This document shows, piece after piece, positions 40,449 through 55,757 of a stretch of 64,000 nt of DNA. This DNA comes from Felis catus (taxonomy: Eukaryota): the NCBI RefSeq assembly GCF_018350175.1, contig NC_058368.1, positions 124,932,001-124,996,000 on the forward strand, in the 5' to 3' direction. Position numbers and translations under genes: made by a program. The notes beneath the pieces are model-generated. The model saw nothing but the letters and a program-made list of their open reading frames with translations. It was not told the DNA's origin and made no database searches. Within the stretch, counting starts at the first letter, position 1. The number at the start of each line of letters is the position of its first letter.

Positions 40449-41355
40449 TCTACTCACATGACTTGACTCCTGAAAAAACTGCTAAAGAAAAGAAAATCAG
40501 AAATGTAGAAGTGGGCACAAAGAGGTTTCTACTTATTTCTTAAAATGTGAAAATACGGAAACAACTTTTGTCCAACAATAAATAAATGCTTATGTAGTTA
40601 GATCTATCTACTCAGTGGAAAATGATGCCACCATTAAATTTTTACTATGTATATGAAGAGTTTAGTAACAAGTAGAATGTGAAATTGTACATCTCTATAG
40701 ATAAATGATCTAAATAATGTTTACAAAATATATACTGTAAAAAGATGAGCAGAAAAATTCCAGGATGGAATTTTTTTTTAAGTCAGAAAAGCATTTCAGT
40801 AGTAAGTTATACTTGCAGTGGGACTGAATTGTGGAATTTTTTTTTTCTAAATCTTTTGAGTAAGCTAATTTTGGTGTAATTTGAAAAGTTACTTGAGCTG
40901 GGATCATCTTTGCCATTAATATTTTTATTATAGATTGTTGTATAAATAATTTCTCCAGTATTTGTTAATTTTTGTCATTGCTGCATGCATATTTTGACAG
41001 CATTTCCCCACTCCATGTAGCTCCATAATTATGAAAAGAGATAAAGAAAAGGGGCAGATAGTCAGGAGGGAGAGAGACTAGTAAGTATGCCTTCACCTGA
41101 TGCATCCTGACTTTGCTAGACCTGTTTAGCTTTCAGGAACGTTTTTTAGAAAACTGTTACTTTACTATCACTCATTCAGACCAGTTTTTCAGGAACAGCA
41201 GAATCTGGGGGCTACGTGGGTCTCTTAAGATTATAGTTTATATACTGAATTGTACTCATAGCAAGGAAAGCTTAACTCAAAATCTTATTTAAAGTTACTC
41301 TACTAATTAATAGGAAAAATAAATTTCTCAAATAGTTGTATGTAAGATTTCCTAA

Positions 41356-41625
<270 letters not shown>

Positions 41626-42135
41626 TAGTTGCTCTATGATCCAACTATATTATTTAGGATTTTAACCTGACTTTTGTGGAGACTAGGGAGAGAAGAAAAG
41701 AAGTATATCTAGGCCCTTAGGTAAAGTTTTCAATGAATTGGAGTTTAGGATCCTTTAAGAAATGAGCTGTGTGAGCAAAGAAATGTAACATAGTGTGATA
41801 CATGTAGGAAGGAGTGCACAGAATTAGAAACATGATTCTGGTCTTGAAGTGTACTTGGAGGTGAAGAGGTAGAAGACCTGGGCAGGCATGACAGGGTAAC
41901 ATCAAAGCAAGTTTGAAATAACATTACGAGGTAATCAAGTGGGCAGAATGTTTTGAAAAATAGTTAGCAAAATACATGTTGTAACTAAAAAAACAGCATT
42001 TGCAAGAGGTATGTGCATCAGAATAAAATTTAACCTACTGTGTTTGCCTGCTTCTAGGTAAATAGATCAGGTTGTTTTTTGAGGTTCTTTCAATATAAAC
42101 CTATACTAGCCACTAGCAACAATTATTATATATAA

Positions 42136-42273
<138 letters not shown>

Positions 42274-42375
42274 TAACAGTTTTGAATTAATGATTTGGAC
42301 GTATCTAATAAAAAGTTAAAATGTTCCCTAAATGTTATTTAAATCTGTTAATTATTTTTAACAAGATTTTGTTAA

Positions 42376-42600
<225 letters not shown>

Positions 42601-43124
42601 TAAACCTTTATAGACCACTTAATGTAGTTGTCTCCCAGTTGTTTATAGTTTAAGAAAATACTTTTACTTTGCCTCCATCATGACTCTTACTTGATGGAAG
42701 TTTCTACCTTTGGTGTTAATACTATGCTGCTTATTATAAAGCTTAAATTTCAAAAATTTTTGGAGCCTCACCGCCCATCTCTAGAACCATCAGACATTAA
42801 GGATTATCCAAGGATAGACACTAGACCCCTTCAGTGCTAACTTATTCAAATGTTTAATCCCATTCCTACTATTTCTCATTTCTGTATCTTCATGGCATAT
42901 ATATAATAGCTGCTTAATAATTGCTGAGTGGTTGAAAAAAAATGTATGATATTTGCCTTATATTAGTCATTTTTATTTGTAAGGGCAGTTCCTATTCCTT
43001 TATTTTCTCTTTGGATGAAATAATTTTTTCTTCCTTAATCAGAATTTCTGCTGGTTGTTTGCTTGGATTCTAGTGATTTTTCTTTGTTATTTTAGTCCAT
43101 GATATTTAAAAATGTAGAATCCCA

Positions 43125-43338
43125 GGGATGCCTGGGTGGCTCAGTCAGGTAAGTGTCCAACTCTTGATTTTGGCGCAGGTCATGACCTCATGGTTCATGG
43201 GATCCGGCCCCGTGTTGAGTTCCACGCAAAGCATGGAGCCTGCTTAAGATTGTCTTTCCCTCTGCCCCTCTCCCCACCTCGTTCACTCTCTCTGTAAAAT
43301 ATGAATGAATGAATGAATGAATGAATGAATGAATGAAT
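43125..43338 (+). mobile_element. Can-SINE with (ATGA)9 tail, intron 9
   Basis: TSD gaatccca; tetranucleotide repeat 43301-43336. Confidence 0.85.
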
Positions 43339-43789
43339 CCCAAACCAATATCTCCAGTAGATAAGTGAAGTAAAATATTTTCAATAATCTGTTAAGTTCT
43401 GTTTAACTGTTAAATTTGTCGATGGACACACTAACTCATTCAGTTTATATGTCATTAGGATTTATTTCCTTTTTCTTTTTATGACCACTATAGTCCTGCA
43501 GCTTTTGAAACTCTTCTCAGCATGTAATCAACCTATCATGAATCTAATAAAATTTCCACACTTAATAAACATACCTTATTTTAACTGGTTCATTAATGAT
43601 ATTTAACATAGGCCCTCACCTATAAATCCTCAGGAGAACTCTCAAATTGATACTGAGCTATTGGATGCTATTCTTTCAAGGCATTGGTCTAGTGTGTTTT
43701 GTTTAAGCTTTAGGTTGCACTTAATGTTATCTATTCCTACTTTTTTACTAAGAATATAAGACAGAATTAAGACTTTGATCATAGTATGC

Positions 43790-44007
43790 TTTTTTTTTTT
43801 TTTTCAACGTTTATTTATTTTGGGACAGAGAGAGACAGAGCATGAACGGGGGAGGGGCAGAGAGAGAGGGAGACACAGAATCGGAAACAGGCTCCAGGCT
43901 CTGAGCCATCAGCCCAGAGCCTGACGTGGGGCTCGAACTCACGGACCGCGAGATCGTGACCTGGCTGAAGTCGGACGCTTAACCGACTGCGCCACCCAGG
44001 CGCCCCT
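43790..44007 (-). mobile_element. Young Can-SINE (SINEC_Fc-like), intron 9
   Basis: TSD atagtatgcttttt; near-identical to the 16513 copy. Confidence 0.93.
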
Positions 44008-44279
44008 ATAGTATGCTTTTTAACAGTGAGTGCCAGGCATATAATAATTTAACTATATTCTAGTTAATTTATTCTCCTTTATTAACTTAAAACATCTATA
44101 AATAAGTCATTTGTTTTCCCCAAAATGGTGTTTATTCATCTGTAAAATTTCAAAAATTTTCATATGATAAATTTTCTTAGGTATTAAGTTTACTTTTAGT
44201 TAATTGTCCCATAATGTCAAGACCATGTACTCTTTCCGTTATTTAGGGACTCTGGCTTTGCAGACATGGTAATGATGTG

Positions 44280-44505
44280 TTGTTGTTTGTTTTTTTTGTT
44301 TTTTTTTTTTTTTTTTTTTTGAGAGAGAGAGAGAAAGCAAGAGTGCAAGCAGGGAAGGGGCAGAGGAAGAAGGACAGAGAATCCTAAGCGAGCTCCACAC
44401 CCAGTGCAGAGCCTGACATGGGGCTCTATCTCACCACCGTGAGATCATGACCTGAGCCAATATCAAGAGTCAGCAGCTTAATTGACTGAGCCACCCAGGT
44501 GCCCC
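44280..44505 (-). mobile_element. Can-SINE, intron 9
   Basis: Long T tail, (GA)n, reverse-complement head. Confidence 0.85.
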
Positions 44506-45119
44506 AACATGCACTTTAATTATAGGCATATCATTATCCTCTGCTGATTTGAACACAAGAGTTTTTTTTTTTTCTTTTAGCTTTAGATTTTTCCACTCCA
44601 TTCGTTATAGTTCCATCTAATTTTGCTGAGTGTTTTTTTTCTTTTACCTTTTTCTACAAGACAGAAATCACATTAAAAGCTTTTGATTTACCACTGTCAT
44701 CTGTAGGAGAAATACTCTGTATCCCTTGGACAGTCCAGTGCCTGTTTTAATTTGGCTTTATCTTCAGTTTTTTCTCTGTAACTAACATAATATGAATTCA
44801 GAGTTGGGGTTCTTCACAGGTTTTTTTTCTTTGGTAAGCATAAGAGTACAGAAATGTATAAATATCCATCTACTTAATGGAGTTCACTCTTAATTTTATT
44901 TGAGCTAATAAATGTTAAGGGCTTTTGATAATTACCAGTTAAACTTGAGTATTAAATTCCTCCTTAGGATTTTTAAGTGGCTAGACATATTTGAACCTAC
45001 GTAGATTGATAGAGACTTAAGAAATGTCCGCAATTTTTCAAAAATCATGCTTATTTCCAAATACTTTAGGTTTATTGGCTTTTCTTCACATTAAATTCAT
45101 TGTGTTTTTTTGATTATAG

Positions 45120-45416
<297 letters not shown>

Positions 45417-45978
45417 TAACCAAAGCATTAATGGTTGTGGTGTTTTTTTTTTTTAAGCTTGTAGATATCATCCTTAAAATCCAGTAAAACTACTTTACCT
45501 GATTTAATTTTGGAAAATTCAAGTTTTTATTCCATAATCCCAGGAATTACAATTTTCCATTTAATCTCTTCATTTGGATTTTACTTGTTTTAATCTATTC
45601 AAGTTTTATTATATACTGTTGCCTTTTCTCCCCTAAGACAACAGTGTCTTGCTCTTCATATCTTTACATTTTCCTTACACCTTACATATGATCAGATTAA
45701 AAATGTTCTTAATGGATAGCAAGTGATCAAAGCTACTTAGATTTTTTTGAAAATTTGCCATTAGTTACACATTAAGGAGAACTGATTGTTAATATTGTTG
45801 TATGTAAATTCAGGATTCTTTTCACAGAGGAAGGTTCTAGGACACAGATGATTCAGTTTTTCTAATTTAACCTATTGGAAGTTGTGTTTCATAAATGAGA
45901 TGGAATAAAGAGCTTGTTTCATTTGTAATTTTGGAGGCTATTTGACTTTTTTCATTCTGAGTATACATAACTTTAGAA

Positions 45979-46207
45979 CAGTTTCTCAACCTCAGCACTA
46001 TTGACACTGAGCCAGATAATTATTTGTTGGGGGCAAGGGTGCGGTCTTGTGCACTGTAGGAGGTGCAGGAGCAACCCTGACCTCTCTCTACTGGATACCC
46101 ATAACACACCTCTCTTACCCCTCCTCCCCATCATGACAACCCAGAATGTCTCCAGGCATTGCTGAGTGTCCCCGGAGGGATGCAGTTGCCCCAATTCACA
46201 ACCACTG
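45979..46207. mobile_element. MER20-like hAT-Charlie element
   Basis: cagtttctcaacctcagcactattgacact...aaccactg termini; 8-bp TSD ctttagaa/cttcagaa. Confidence 0.85.
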
Positions 46208-46317
46208 CTTCAGAATAATTCTTACCTAGCCAGTTTCAAAACTCATTAATCCCTCTGATTCCACTTTCTTTCTGATCATCCTATAACACCTATGCCTAAT
46301 AAATCTTCTTTTTGAGA

Positions 46318-46640
46318 GGTAGTATAGCCTGATGGTTATGAACATGAATTTGGAGTCAGAACTGAGTGACCTCATAATTTATCATCCTAACTAGGATACT
46401 TAAATAATCTGCTAGTTCAACTGGGACTAGCATAGGTAATCTGGACATAAGGTTAAGATTATAGAGACCTTGATTCAAATTCTGGTTCTTCCACTGGCTA
46501 GCATTGTGATTTTAGGACTCTTTAATTTCAGGTTTCTCACCTATAAGGAAAATACTACCTCTTAGGTTTGAAATGAGATTATGTAAAACCTCTAATCATA
46601 ATGTCTGGAACATTGAACATTGACTATACAGTAGCCATCA
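46318..46640 (+). mobile_element. MIR fragments
   Basis: gtagtatagcctgatggttatgaacatgaatttggagtcaga; ttcaaattctggttcttccact; tttctcacctataa. Confidence 0.55.
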
Positions 46641-47269
46641 GTATTCCTTAAAGACCACTTTGATTATTCCCCATCTTAGAAACCTTTAGGTGTTTCTGTT
46701 GCTTTAGCAGCATTTCCAAAAGTATGTTCCATGGAAGTTTGGCAGGATTATGAAAACTTCCCTTGAAGACAGAGTTCTTTGTTCAGTTAAAATTGATAAG
46801 CAATGAATTACACAAATTAAATGAGTTGTTCACTGAAGGCTTCTAGGAACCTTCAGTAAGCTAATGTACATTGGAAATCTATGAGATCAAGGAGTAGGAT
46901 GCATTATTTCCCAAATATTTCTTACCTTGGTCTATTTTTTCAAGTAGAATATTCAGGGACCAGCATAACATAAAGACCAATGTTCTTGGCCCAACTTTTA
47001 ACCTCCTTCTTCTTACTGTTATCTAACACAAACCTTCAGACATAACTTGACTATTCAACAGACTGCCTGTCTGGTTGTTGCTTAAGTTCAGATGGTTTCT
47101 CATCTAGTTAGTGAGCTGTAGAGGGAAGGGACTCAGAATCATACTATATTCTGATTCCTCGATAATTACTTAGTGTGCCAAGCATAAGGCAGGCAGAAGT
47201 GGTTCCTTCCCTTAAAGCTCTCCCTACCCTCTGTCCTCCTTTTTCTTCCTCTCCCTCGCCATACCTAAT

Positions 47270-48300
47270 TCTTTGCTGAACCTTTGGAGAGTTAATTTGT
47301 AGGCATCATGACATGGTATTTCACCTCATATACTTTAGCATATTATCTCTTGAGAACAAATACATTCTTCTGTTCCAGCAATGTTCTTTACAGCTAAGCT
47401 GCAGACTTTCTTCAGTTTTCACCAGTTTTTCCATAATGTCTTTTTTTCTGTTTTAGGATCCAGTCCAGAAACTCACATAGCATTTAGTTATCATGCTCCC
47501 TTAATCTCTTCCCATCTGTGACAGCTCCTCAGTCTTTCCTTGTCTCGCATAGATCTTGACACTTTGAAAGTGTGCTGACCACTTATTTTGAACAATGTCC
47601 CTCATTTTGGGTTTATGATATTTCCTCATGATTAGGTTCAGTTTATGCATTTTTCACAAGAATATCAGAGATTTATGTGCATTCTTAGTGCACTGTATCA
47701 AGGGGTACATGATGTGCCAAGTACTGGTGATGCTGTCCTTCATCACTTGGTAAAGGTGATGTTTATGGGGTTCCTTGCTATAAAATGACAATAAATGTTT
47801 TGAGGCAGATACTTTGAGACTATGCAAAGACCCTGTTGCTCTTCAGAATTTCGCTCACTGGTTTTAGCATTTTTCAGTGGATCTTGTCTACAGCAGTTAT
47901 TATTGTGGTATTCTAATGGTGACTTCCTATTTCTCTCATTCCTTCTACATTAATAGGAATTCTTCTATAAAGAGGAGCTGTCTCTTCTGCCTCATTGTGT
48001 ATTTATTCAGTTTTTAAATTTTATCAATATAGGCTGAGTTTTTTAGTCTGTGGGTTATAATGTAATCCTGTCATCATTTAAGTTGTTGCTCATATTATTC
48101 CAGTTTTGGCCACTGGAAACTCTTTTCATTTTGAAATACATACTTTAAAAATTATAGAAATAGTTCAGAGCATTACTTTCTACCCCATCTATTTATTTAT
48201 TCAGTTTTTTATTTGTATCAATATGGATTCATGGATTATTTTATTTATGGGTTATAAATCTATTCCTATCATTATGTATTGTTTATTAAATTGTCTCAGA
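47270..48300 (-). mobile_element. Old L1MC-like 3' region, intron 10
   Basis: ggatccagtccagaaactcacatagcatttagttatcatg...ttcctcatgattaggttcagtttatgcatttt; boundaries approximate. Confidence 0.6.
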
Positions 48301-48318
48301 TTATACCAGAGTCTCTGA

Positions 48319-48501
<183 letters not shown>

Positions 48502-49981
48502 TAAGGCCCTATTGATGAACTGCTTCAAACCCTCTTATATTAAAAGCCTAGCAACAAGCCTCATACCTGGTGAGTATTTGATACATATTTATTAAATGAG
48601 GCTTTGAATATTGTTTTCTAAAATGAGATTTGAAATTAAAATGTAACACTGAAAGATTTTCAGCACTAGGGAGAAGGGCTAATGGCAAGTAAAAACCAGG
48701 CTAACAAACTGCATGGATAACCACATTATTGTGTTGTGATTTTCTTTTATTATAAAGCAATGTCCTTAATCTCAAGGCCAGTTGGTAAGAATAGTAGCTG
48801 ATACAAATATAATCTCATTTTAGAGAATGAGTTACACAGGATAGGAACCTATAAAATCATTATACCTGGTTGAAAAAACCCAACCATTCCATATTTGCTA
48901 TGTAATGGAATTTTACTCTGACGGTTTATGTTTAAAACAACAATAACAAATTGCATATATCGTTGCAATATGCATAAAAACTGACAAGGAGCAAGAGTAA
49001 TGCTAACTGGGAGAGTAGAGATAGTAAGGTAGAGAAGTGAGGCATGATCATAGTTAAAATAAGCTCAGGCTGTGCCTTTATGAGACCACTGGTTCACTTT
49101 TATTTTCCCGTTCTGTGAAGTGGGAGGAAAAGATGACTTTTCACTTAGTGAGCATAGCTGGGAACAGTTGTTTGGTGGTTCTCACCTCTTCACATCCAGC
49201 CGGTCTCAGGTGGTAAGGAAGCATGGACTCACCCTTGTGCCTCTGCCATTACACCCATTTGGAGCTCTCTCAGCCCAGCCTTTGTCTTCCTCCTTCCATC
49301 GCATGCTGTCATTTGTAACTGGTCTCAAAAATTAGGTGCTTAGATTTGATTTGCGTCACATTTCATTACGTCTTTTTCCTCCATTGTTTTCTCTACCCAA
49401 GCCTATGGATTGAAAGTATTAGAGATTTTCTTATTAAGGAGAGTCCTATAATATCTCAAGAACATTAACAGGCAAATTAACAAATCATTAGCAAAATGCA
49501 CAGAAAAATCACATGGTTTTTCAGTATGAGAATCAGTATTTTTCTGAAAACTTTAGTGGCAGTTGTGTGCTTTTGTGGCAGTTGTGTGCTTTCCAGAATT
49601 CTAAAGTTAGATTGTTTACCTGGTTGCTTCGATGATGGACATTATAAAAAATACAGTAGAGGTTTTAAGATACTTGGAACTCACTCTGGCTATATAAGAG
49701 AACATGAAGGTTTTGGAGGGGAAGGTTTTGTTTTTAATTCAAGAGATTCTTAGTGAAAATTCAGAAATCAAAAGGAGTCTTCTGTCTTTTTTAATGAAGT
49801 AATCAAAATATGCCTTTTATCTGGTTTGCTATTTAAATCAACATTTGCTAAGAGCCACTAGTAAAGATTCTGTGCTTAACATAGATGAGGTAAAGCTTAT
49901 GAAATTAGACCTTAAATAATGAATATTATCTGTAGCAACAGTGTAAATTGAGTTTAGTGGTGGAAAAGCAAACACTTGTGA

Positions 49982-50239
<258 letters not shown>

Positions 50240-50406
50240 TAATCTCTGATAGGGCAGCTGTATACAGGATTTTGAAGTAATTGTGTAAATTGATTCAGTC
50301 AGCTAACATTAGAAATAGGAATTAATCTAAACAATACTTAAAATGAATATAATTAGAGTATTTTTTCTTGGTCTTTATGCTATTTTGATCATGTTTTAGA
50401 TTTTAG

Positions 50407-50637
<231 letters not shown>

Positions 50638-50940
50638 TAATTTTTCTTCTGCAAATATATTACTTTGTTCTTCCCTCCTACCCCATCCCTACCTTACCCC
50701 GCCCCCCCCTCCCCAAAGAAGGACACATTTTAGAAAGACTTAGAAACTACAGAACATATACAGGTTACTTCTAATACCCTAATGTTTGATTAACATAAAA
50801 ACCTCAAGCCTGGGCTATTTAATTGAAAATATATAGATCCTTTGTACTGAAAGGACTGTTTTTAAATGTATAAGCTTCTTTTTATTTGTGTATATTTTGC
50901 AGTAGTTTTAACTTGTAATTGAATGTGTTTTTTCTTTCAG

Positions 50941-52225
50941 GTATAAAAAGCTGCTGTCCCTCTTAACCTTTGCTTTGCAGTCCATTGATAATTCCCACTC
51001 AATGGTTGGCAAACTCTCCCGAAGGATCTATTTGAGTTCTGCAAGAATGGTTACTGCAGTACCCCATGTATTTTCAAAACTGTTAGAAATGCTGAATGTT
51101 TCCAGTTCCACTCATTTTACCAGGATGCGTCGTCGTCTGATGGCTATTGCAGATGAGGTGGAAATCGCTGAGGCCATCCGGCTGGGCATAGAAGACAATT
51201 TGGATGGTCAACATGACAGCTTTTTGCAGGCATCTGTCTCTAACAGCTTTCCTGAAACCACAGAGAACAGCTCCCTTGAGCACACAGACCATGTAGAGAA
51301 AACTGGAAAAGTACTGTGTGCCACAAAACTGAGTGCCAATTCAGAAGACATTACTGACAGACTGGGCAGCATTTCAGTAGGACTTCCTAGTTCAACAACA
51401 ATGGAGCAACCAAAGCCAGTGGTTCAAACTAAAGGCAGACCCCACAGTCAGTGTTTGAACTCCTCTCCTTTATCTCATCATTCCCAATTAGTGTTTCCAT
51501 CCTTGTCAACTCCTTCTTCATCTGCCCCATCTGCACCAGTTGGTACCGGAACAGATATCACTAAGCATAGACCTCAGGGATTCATTCCCTGCAAAATACC
51601 TTCTGCATCTCCTCAAACACAGCGTAAGTTTTCTCTACAGTTCCAGAGAAACTGTTCCGAAAACAGAGACTCAGATAAACTTTCCCCCATCTTTACTCAG
51701 TCAAGACCCCTGCCTTCTAGTACTATACACAGGCCAAAGCCGTCTCGACCTACCCCAGGTAATACAAGTAAACAAGGAGATGTCTCAAAGAATAGCATGA
51801 CACTTGACCTGAAAAGTAGTACTTCCAAATGTGATGACAGCTTTGGTGGCAGCAGCAATAGCAGTAGTGCTGTTATACCCAGTGATGAGACAGTATTCAC
51901 CCCAGTAGAAGAGAAATGCAGATTAGACGTCAATACAGAACTCAATTCCAGCATTGAGGACCTTCTTGAAGCATCTATGCCTTCAAGTGACACAACAGTA
52001 ACTTTTAAGTCAGAAGTTGCTGTCCTGTCTCCTGAAAAGGATGAAAATGATGATACCTACAAAGATGATGTGAATCATAATCAGAAGTGCAAAGAAAAGA
52101 TGGAAGCTGAAGAAGAAGAAGCTTTAGCAATTGCCATGGCAATGTCAGCGTCTCAGGATGCCCTCCCCATAGTTCCTCAACTACAGGTTGAAAATGGAGA
52201 GGATATCATCATTATTCAACAGGAT
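50941..52225 (+). CDS. MAP3K1: MAP3K1 exon 14 (1285 nt): caspase-3 site, Ser/Thr/Pro-rich linker, UIM
   Basis: tttcag|GTATAAAAAG...CAGGAT|gtaagt; matches the 431-aa ORF; DNLD/G motif and [13 protein letters not shown] ubiquitin-interacting motif. Confidence 0.97.
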
Positions 52226-52591
52226 GTAAGTACAAATCTTAAAGAGATTAGAGTTTCTTTGTACCGCTAAAATCTAATTCAGAAATGATGTTTTTTTACA
52301 CAAGTTAATCATTAGAAGCAATTTTTCACATAGAATTACACATTGTATATAATATCGTGTCATTGCTTAAACACACACTCCTTGACTATTTCAAAGGCAT
52401 TTCTGGTTGTTTCTATAATGGTGATCACTTCTGCATTTGACATTGGTCACCAACACTGCCCATTCAGAGGTCAACTTTATAGGTAGTTTGGGAAGCCAGA
52501 CTGAACAAGAATAATATTTTGGGAGGCTAATTTCACAGATCCTTCCTCTTTTAACTTAATAGTAAAAAGATTGCTTTCATTTAATATGTAG

Positions 52592-52768
<177 letters not shown>

Positions 52769-53474
52769 TGATTTAAATTATAAAAATGAAGCATGAGCAA
52801 ATAAGAAAAGTAAAGGCTAGGTCCCTTTGTGTATATGCTTTTGTTCTTTGATTATCACAAACCTAAATTTCAAAGTAAATACTGCCAAAGCACCAAAAGC
52901 ATCATGAATTCTGTTGAAAAGCTGAAGCATGATTATTTTAACAAATTATAGAAACGATCCCTCAAAGTACAGTCTTTAAGTGTGACTATGCATGACGATT
53001 CTAAGATGCAACATCAAGGTGGGCCTCATAGTGGCTGTTTTTGGTTTTTGGTTGTGCTTTTTATAAACAGAGGTATGGTTTCATACTCCTTTTAGCAATG
53101 TTACCAATGTACCATCATCTCGGGGGCTCTGGTAGTTTACTTTTTATGATGAGCATGCTTATCAAGATAAGAAAATAATGAAGTTTTCATTTTTAAATCA
53201 CATTGGTTCTTCCATGAATTGGCTTTTCTCATTCTGTCTTCGGTTTGGGAGGATTGGCTATGTCCCATCTTTTTGTCACTTTTCTGATATTTCACTGCTT
53301 AAGCCACACCCTGTCTAAAAGCGTTTGAATTGGCTTTTCATGAAGTATCTACATTGCATCCATGAGCATAAATGCCAATTCCTATTATATAAGCTAATAT
53401 GAACTTGCCCATTTTAGATCAGATTGTCAGTGAAAACTGTAAATAGAAATTCATCAGAATTAAAAACCTTATAA

Positions 53475-53669
<195 letters not shown>

Positions 53670-53844
53670 TAAATTACCAATAGTAGTACATGAATTTAAC
53701 TTTCTGGTTGACGTTAAATTTAGGAAAAACATTTTGATGAATACATATTTTTGTTAAATAGCTTGAATTTCTAAAAGCAAATTACCCTAATAATATAAAC
53801 TATAAATAACTTGTCTTTAAATACAAATAAAATATTGTCTCTAA

Positions 53845-54067
53845 CTTTTAAACGTTTTCAGTGGTTTATTTTTGAGAGACAGAGTGTGACAGAGACAGAG
53901 TGTGAGCAGGGGAGGGGCAGAGAAAGAGGCAAACACAGAATCCGAAGCAGGCTCCAGGCTCTGAGCTGTCAGCACAGAGCCCAACACGGGGCTGAACCTT
54001 ACAAACCTCGAGATCATGACCTGAGCGGAAGTCGGACGCTTAACCAACTGAGCCACCCAGGCGCCCC
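53845..54067 (-). mobile_element. Can-SINE, intron 16
   Basis: Reverse-complement head ...gccacccaggcgcccc. Confidence 0.88.
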
Positions 54068-54232
54068 TCTGTGTTTCTTTTTAAATGATTATATAGCATT
54101 CTTTTATAAGAATAATTTTTTTAAAACTGCTATGTATAAGACCCATATTTTTCCAGGTGGCTGTCATTAGTTGGACAGATTTGAGATGTTTTAACATGAC
54201 AATATAAAAGTGAAATTAAGATATAACTTGGA

Positions 54233-54450
54233 GGGGCACCTGGGTGGCTCAGTTGGTTAGGCATCCGACTTGGGCTCAGGTCACGATCTCATGGTTCTTG
54301 AGTTCAAGCCCCACATTGGGCCCTGTGCTGACAGCTCAGAGCCTGGAGCCTCCTTCAGATGCTGTGTCTCCCTCTCTCTCTGCCCCTCCCCAGCTCGTGC
54401 TCTCTCTCAAAAATGAATAAATGTTAAAAATAAATAAATAAAAAAGAAAA
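54233..54450 (+). mobile_element. Can-SINE, intron 16
   Basis: TSD aagata(t/c)aacttgga. Confidence 0.9.
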
Positions 54451-54854
54451 AAGATACAACTTGGAAAAATTAAGCAATGAAGCATAAAATTGAACCTTAT
54501 CTACGTGAATAAATAATGACAAAATATACCATATATACAGTAAAACAAGTAACTTGGGATGTAATGAATGAATAAGTGGTTTAACTTTTTAGATTTTTTG
54601 TGTTTGAAGAGTTGATTTTTAATATGTTCTCTGATGTTGGTCATAGCTAGGTTGATGGTTGTTTTGAGGTTGACTATTACAAATACTTCTCAGTGAGGTT
54701 TACTGAGTTTGTGACTTGTACCAGGTCACAACTAGTAGATAATAGAACATGAAGCCTAATGCTCGATCTTCTGGCTCCTCCTATTCTCTTTACCTTCTGC
54801 TAAGTAACATGTTAGCACTGTTTATTTAAGTCTTATTATTAAGAAGGGTATTTT

Positions 54855-55260
54855 GGGGGTGCCTGGGTGGCTCATTCAGTTAAGTGTCTGACTTTGGACA
54901 TGATGTTGCAGGTCATGATGTCCTCAGGTCATGATGTCACAGTTTGTGAGTTGAGCCCCACCTCAGGCTCTGTGCTGACAGCTCAGAGCCTGGAGCTGCT
55001 TCAGATTCTCTATCTCCCTCTCTGCCCCTCCCCTGCTCGTGTACTCTCTCTCAAAAACAAACAAACATTAAAAAAGTTTTTTTAAAGGTATTTTGGGGGT
55101 ACCTGGATGGCTCAGTTGATTGAGCATTAGATTCTTGATTTTGGCTTATCTCACGGTCATGAGATCAGGCCCCACATTGGGCTCCACACTAGGGGGTGAA
55201 GCCTGCTTAAGAATCTCTCTCCCTCTCCCCCCTAATGCTCTCCCTCAAAAAAAAAAAAAA
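54855..55260 (+). mobile_element. Two tandem Can-SINEs, intron 16
   Basis: Heads at about 54855 and 55095, each preceded by ggtattttg. Confidence 0.87.
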
Positions 55261-55550
55261 GTGTTTTATGTATCTATCAAAAAGAGAGGTGAATGGTACA
55301 TTTCAGAAATGGCTCCATGTAAAACTACTAAGTTTTAAAGCTTTCTGAAATCTTGACCTCCCAAAAAACTAGTTCATGAAAGTTTGATGAAAATGTCTAA
55401 TTGTTAGGAATGTGTTAGTTTTTAAATCAGTTTCACTTCTGATGCAGTGTATAAATATAACATTCCATACATGAATGTGAGTTCATGTGGTGCAAGCTAA
55501 TGTAACCAAAATGTAATCAATGGTTTTAATTTGGCTTAAATTTATGATAA

Positions 55551-55757
<207 letters not shown>

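Noticed and set aside
51083..51993. Antisense and alternate-frame ORFs over exon 14 (also 29361-29626, 45086-45343, 48252-48497)
   Set aside because: Expected shadows of real coding sequence; no independent support.
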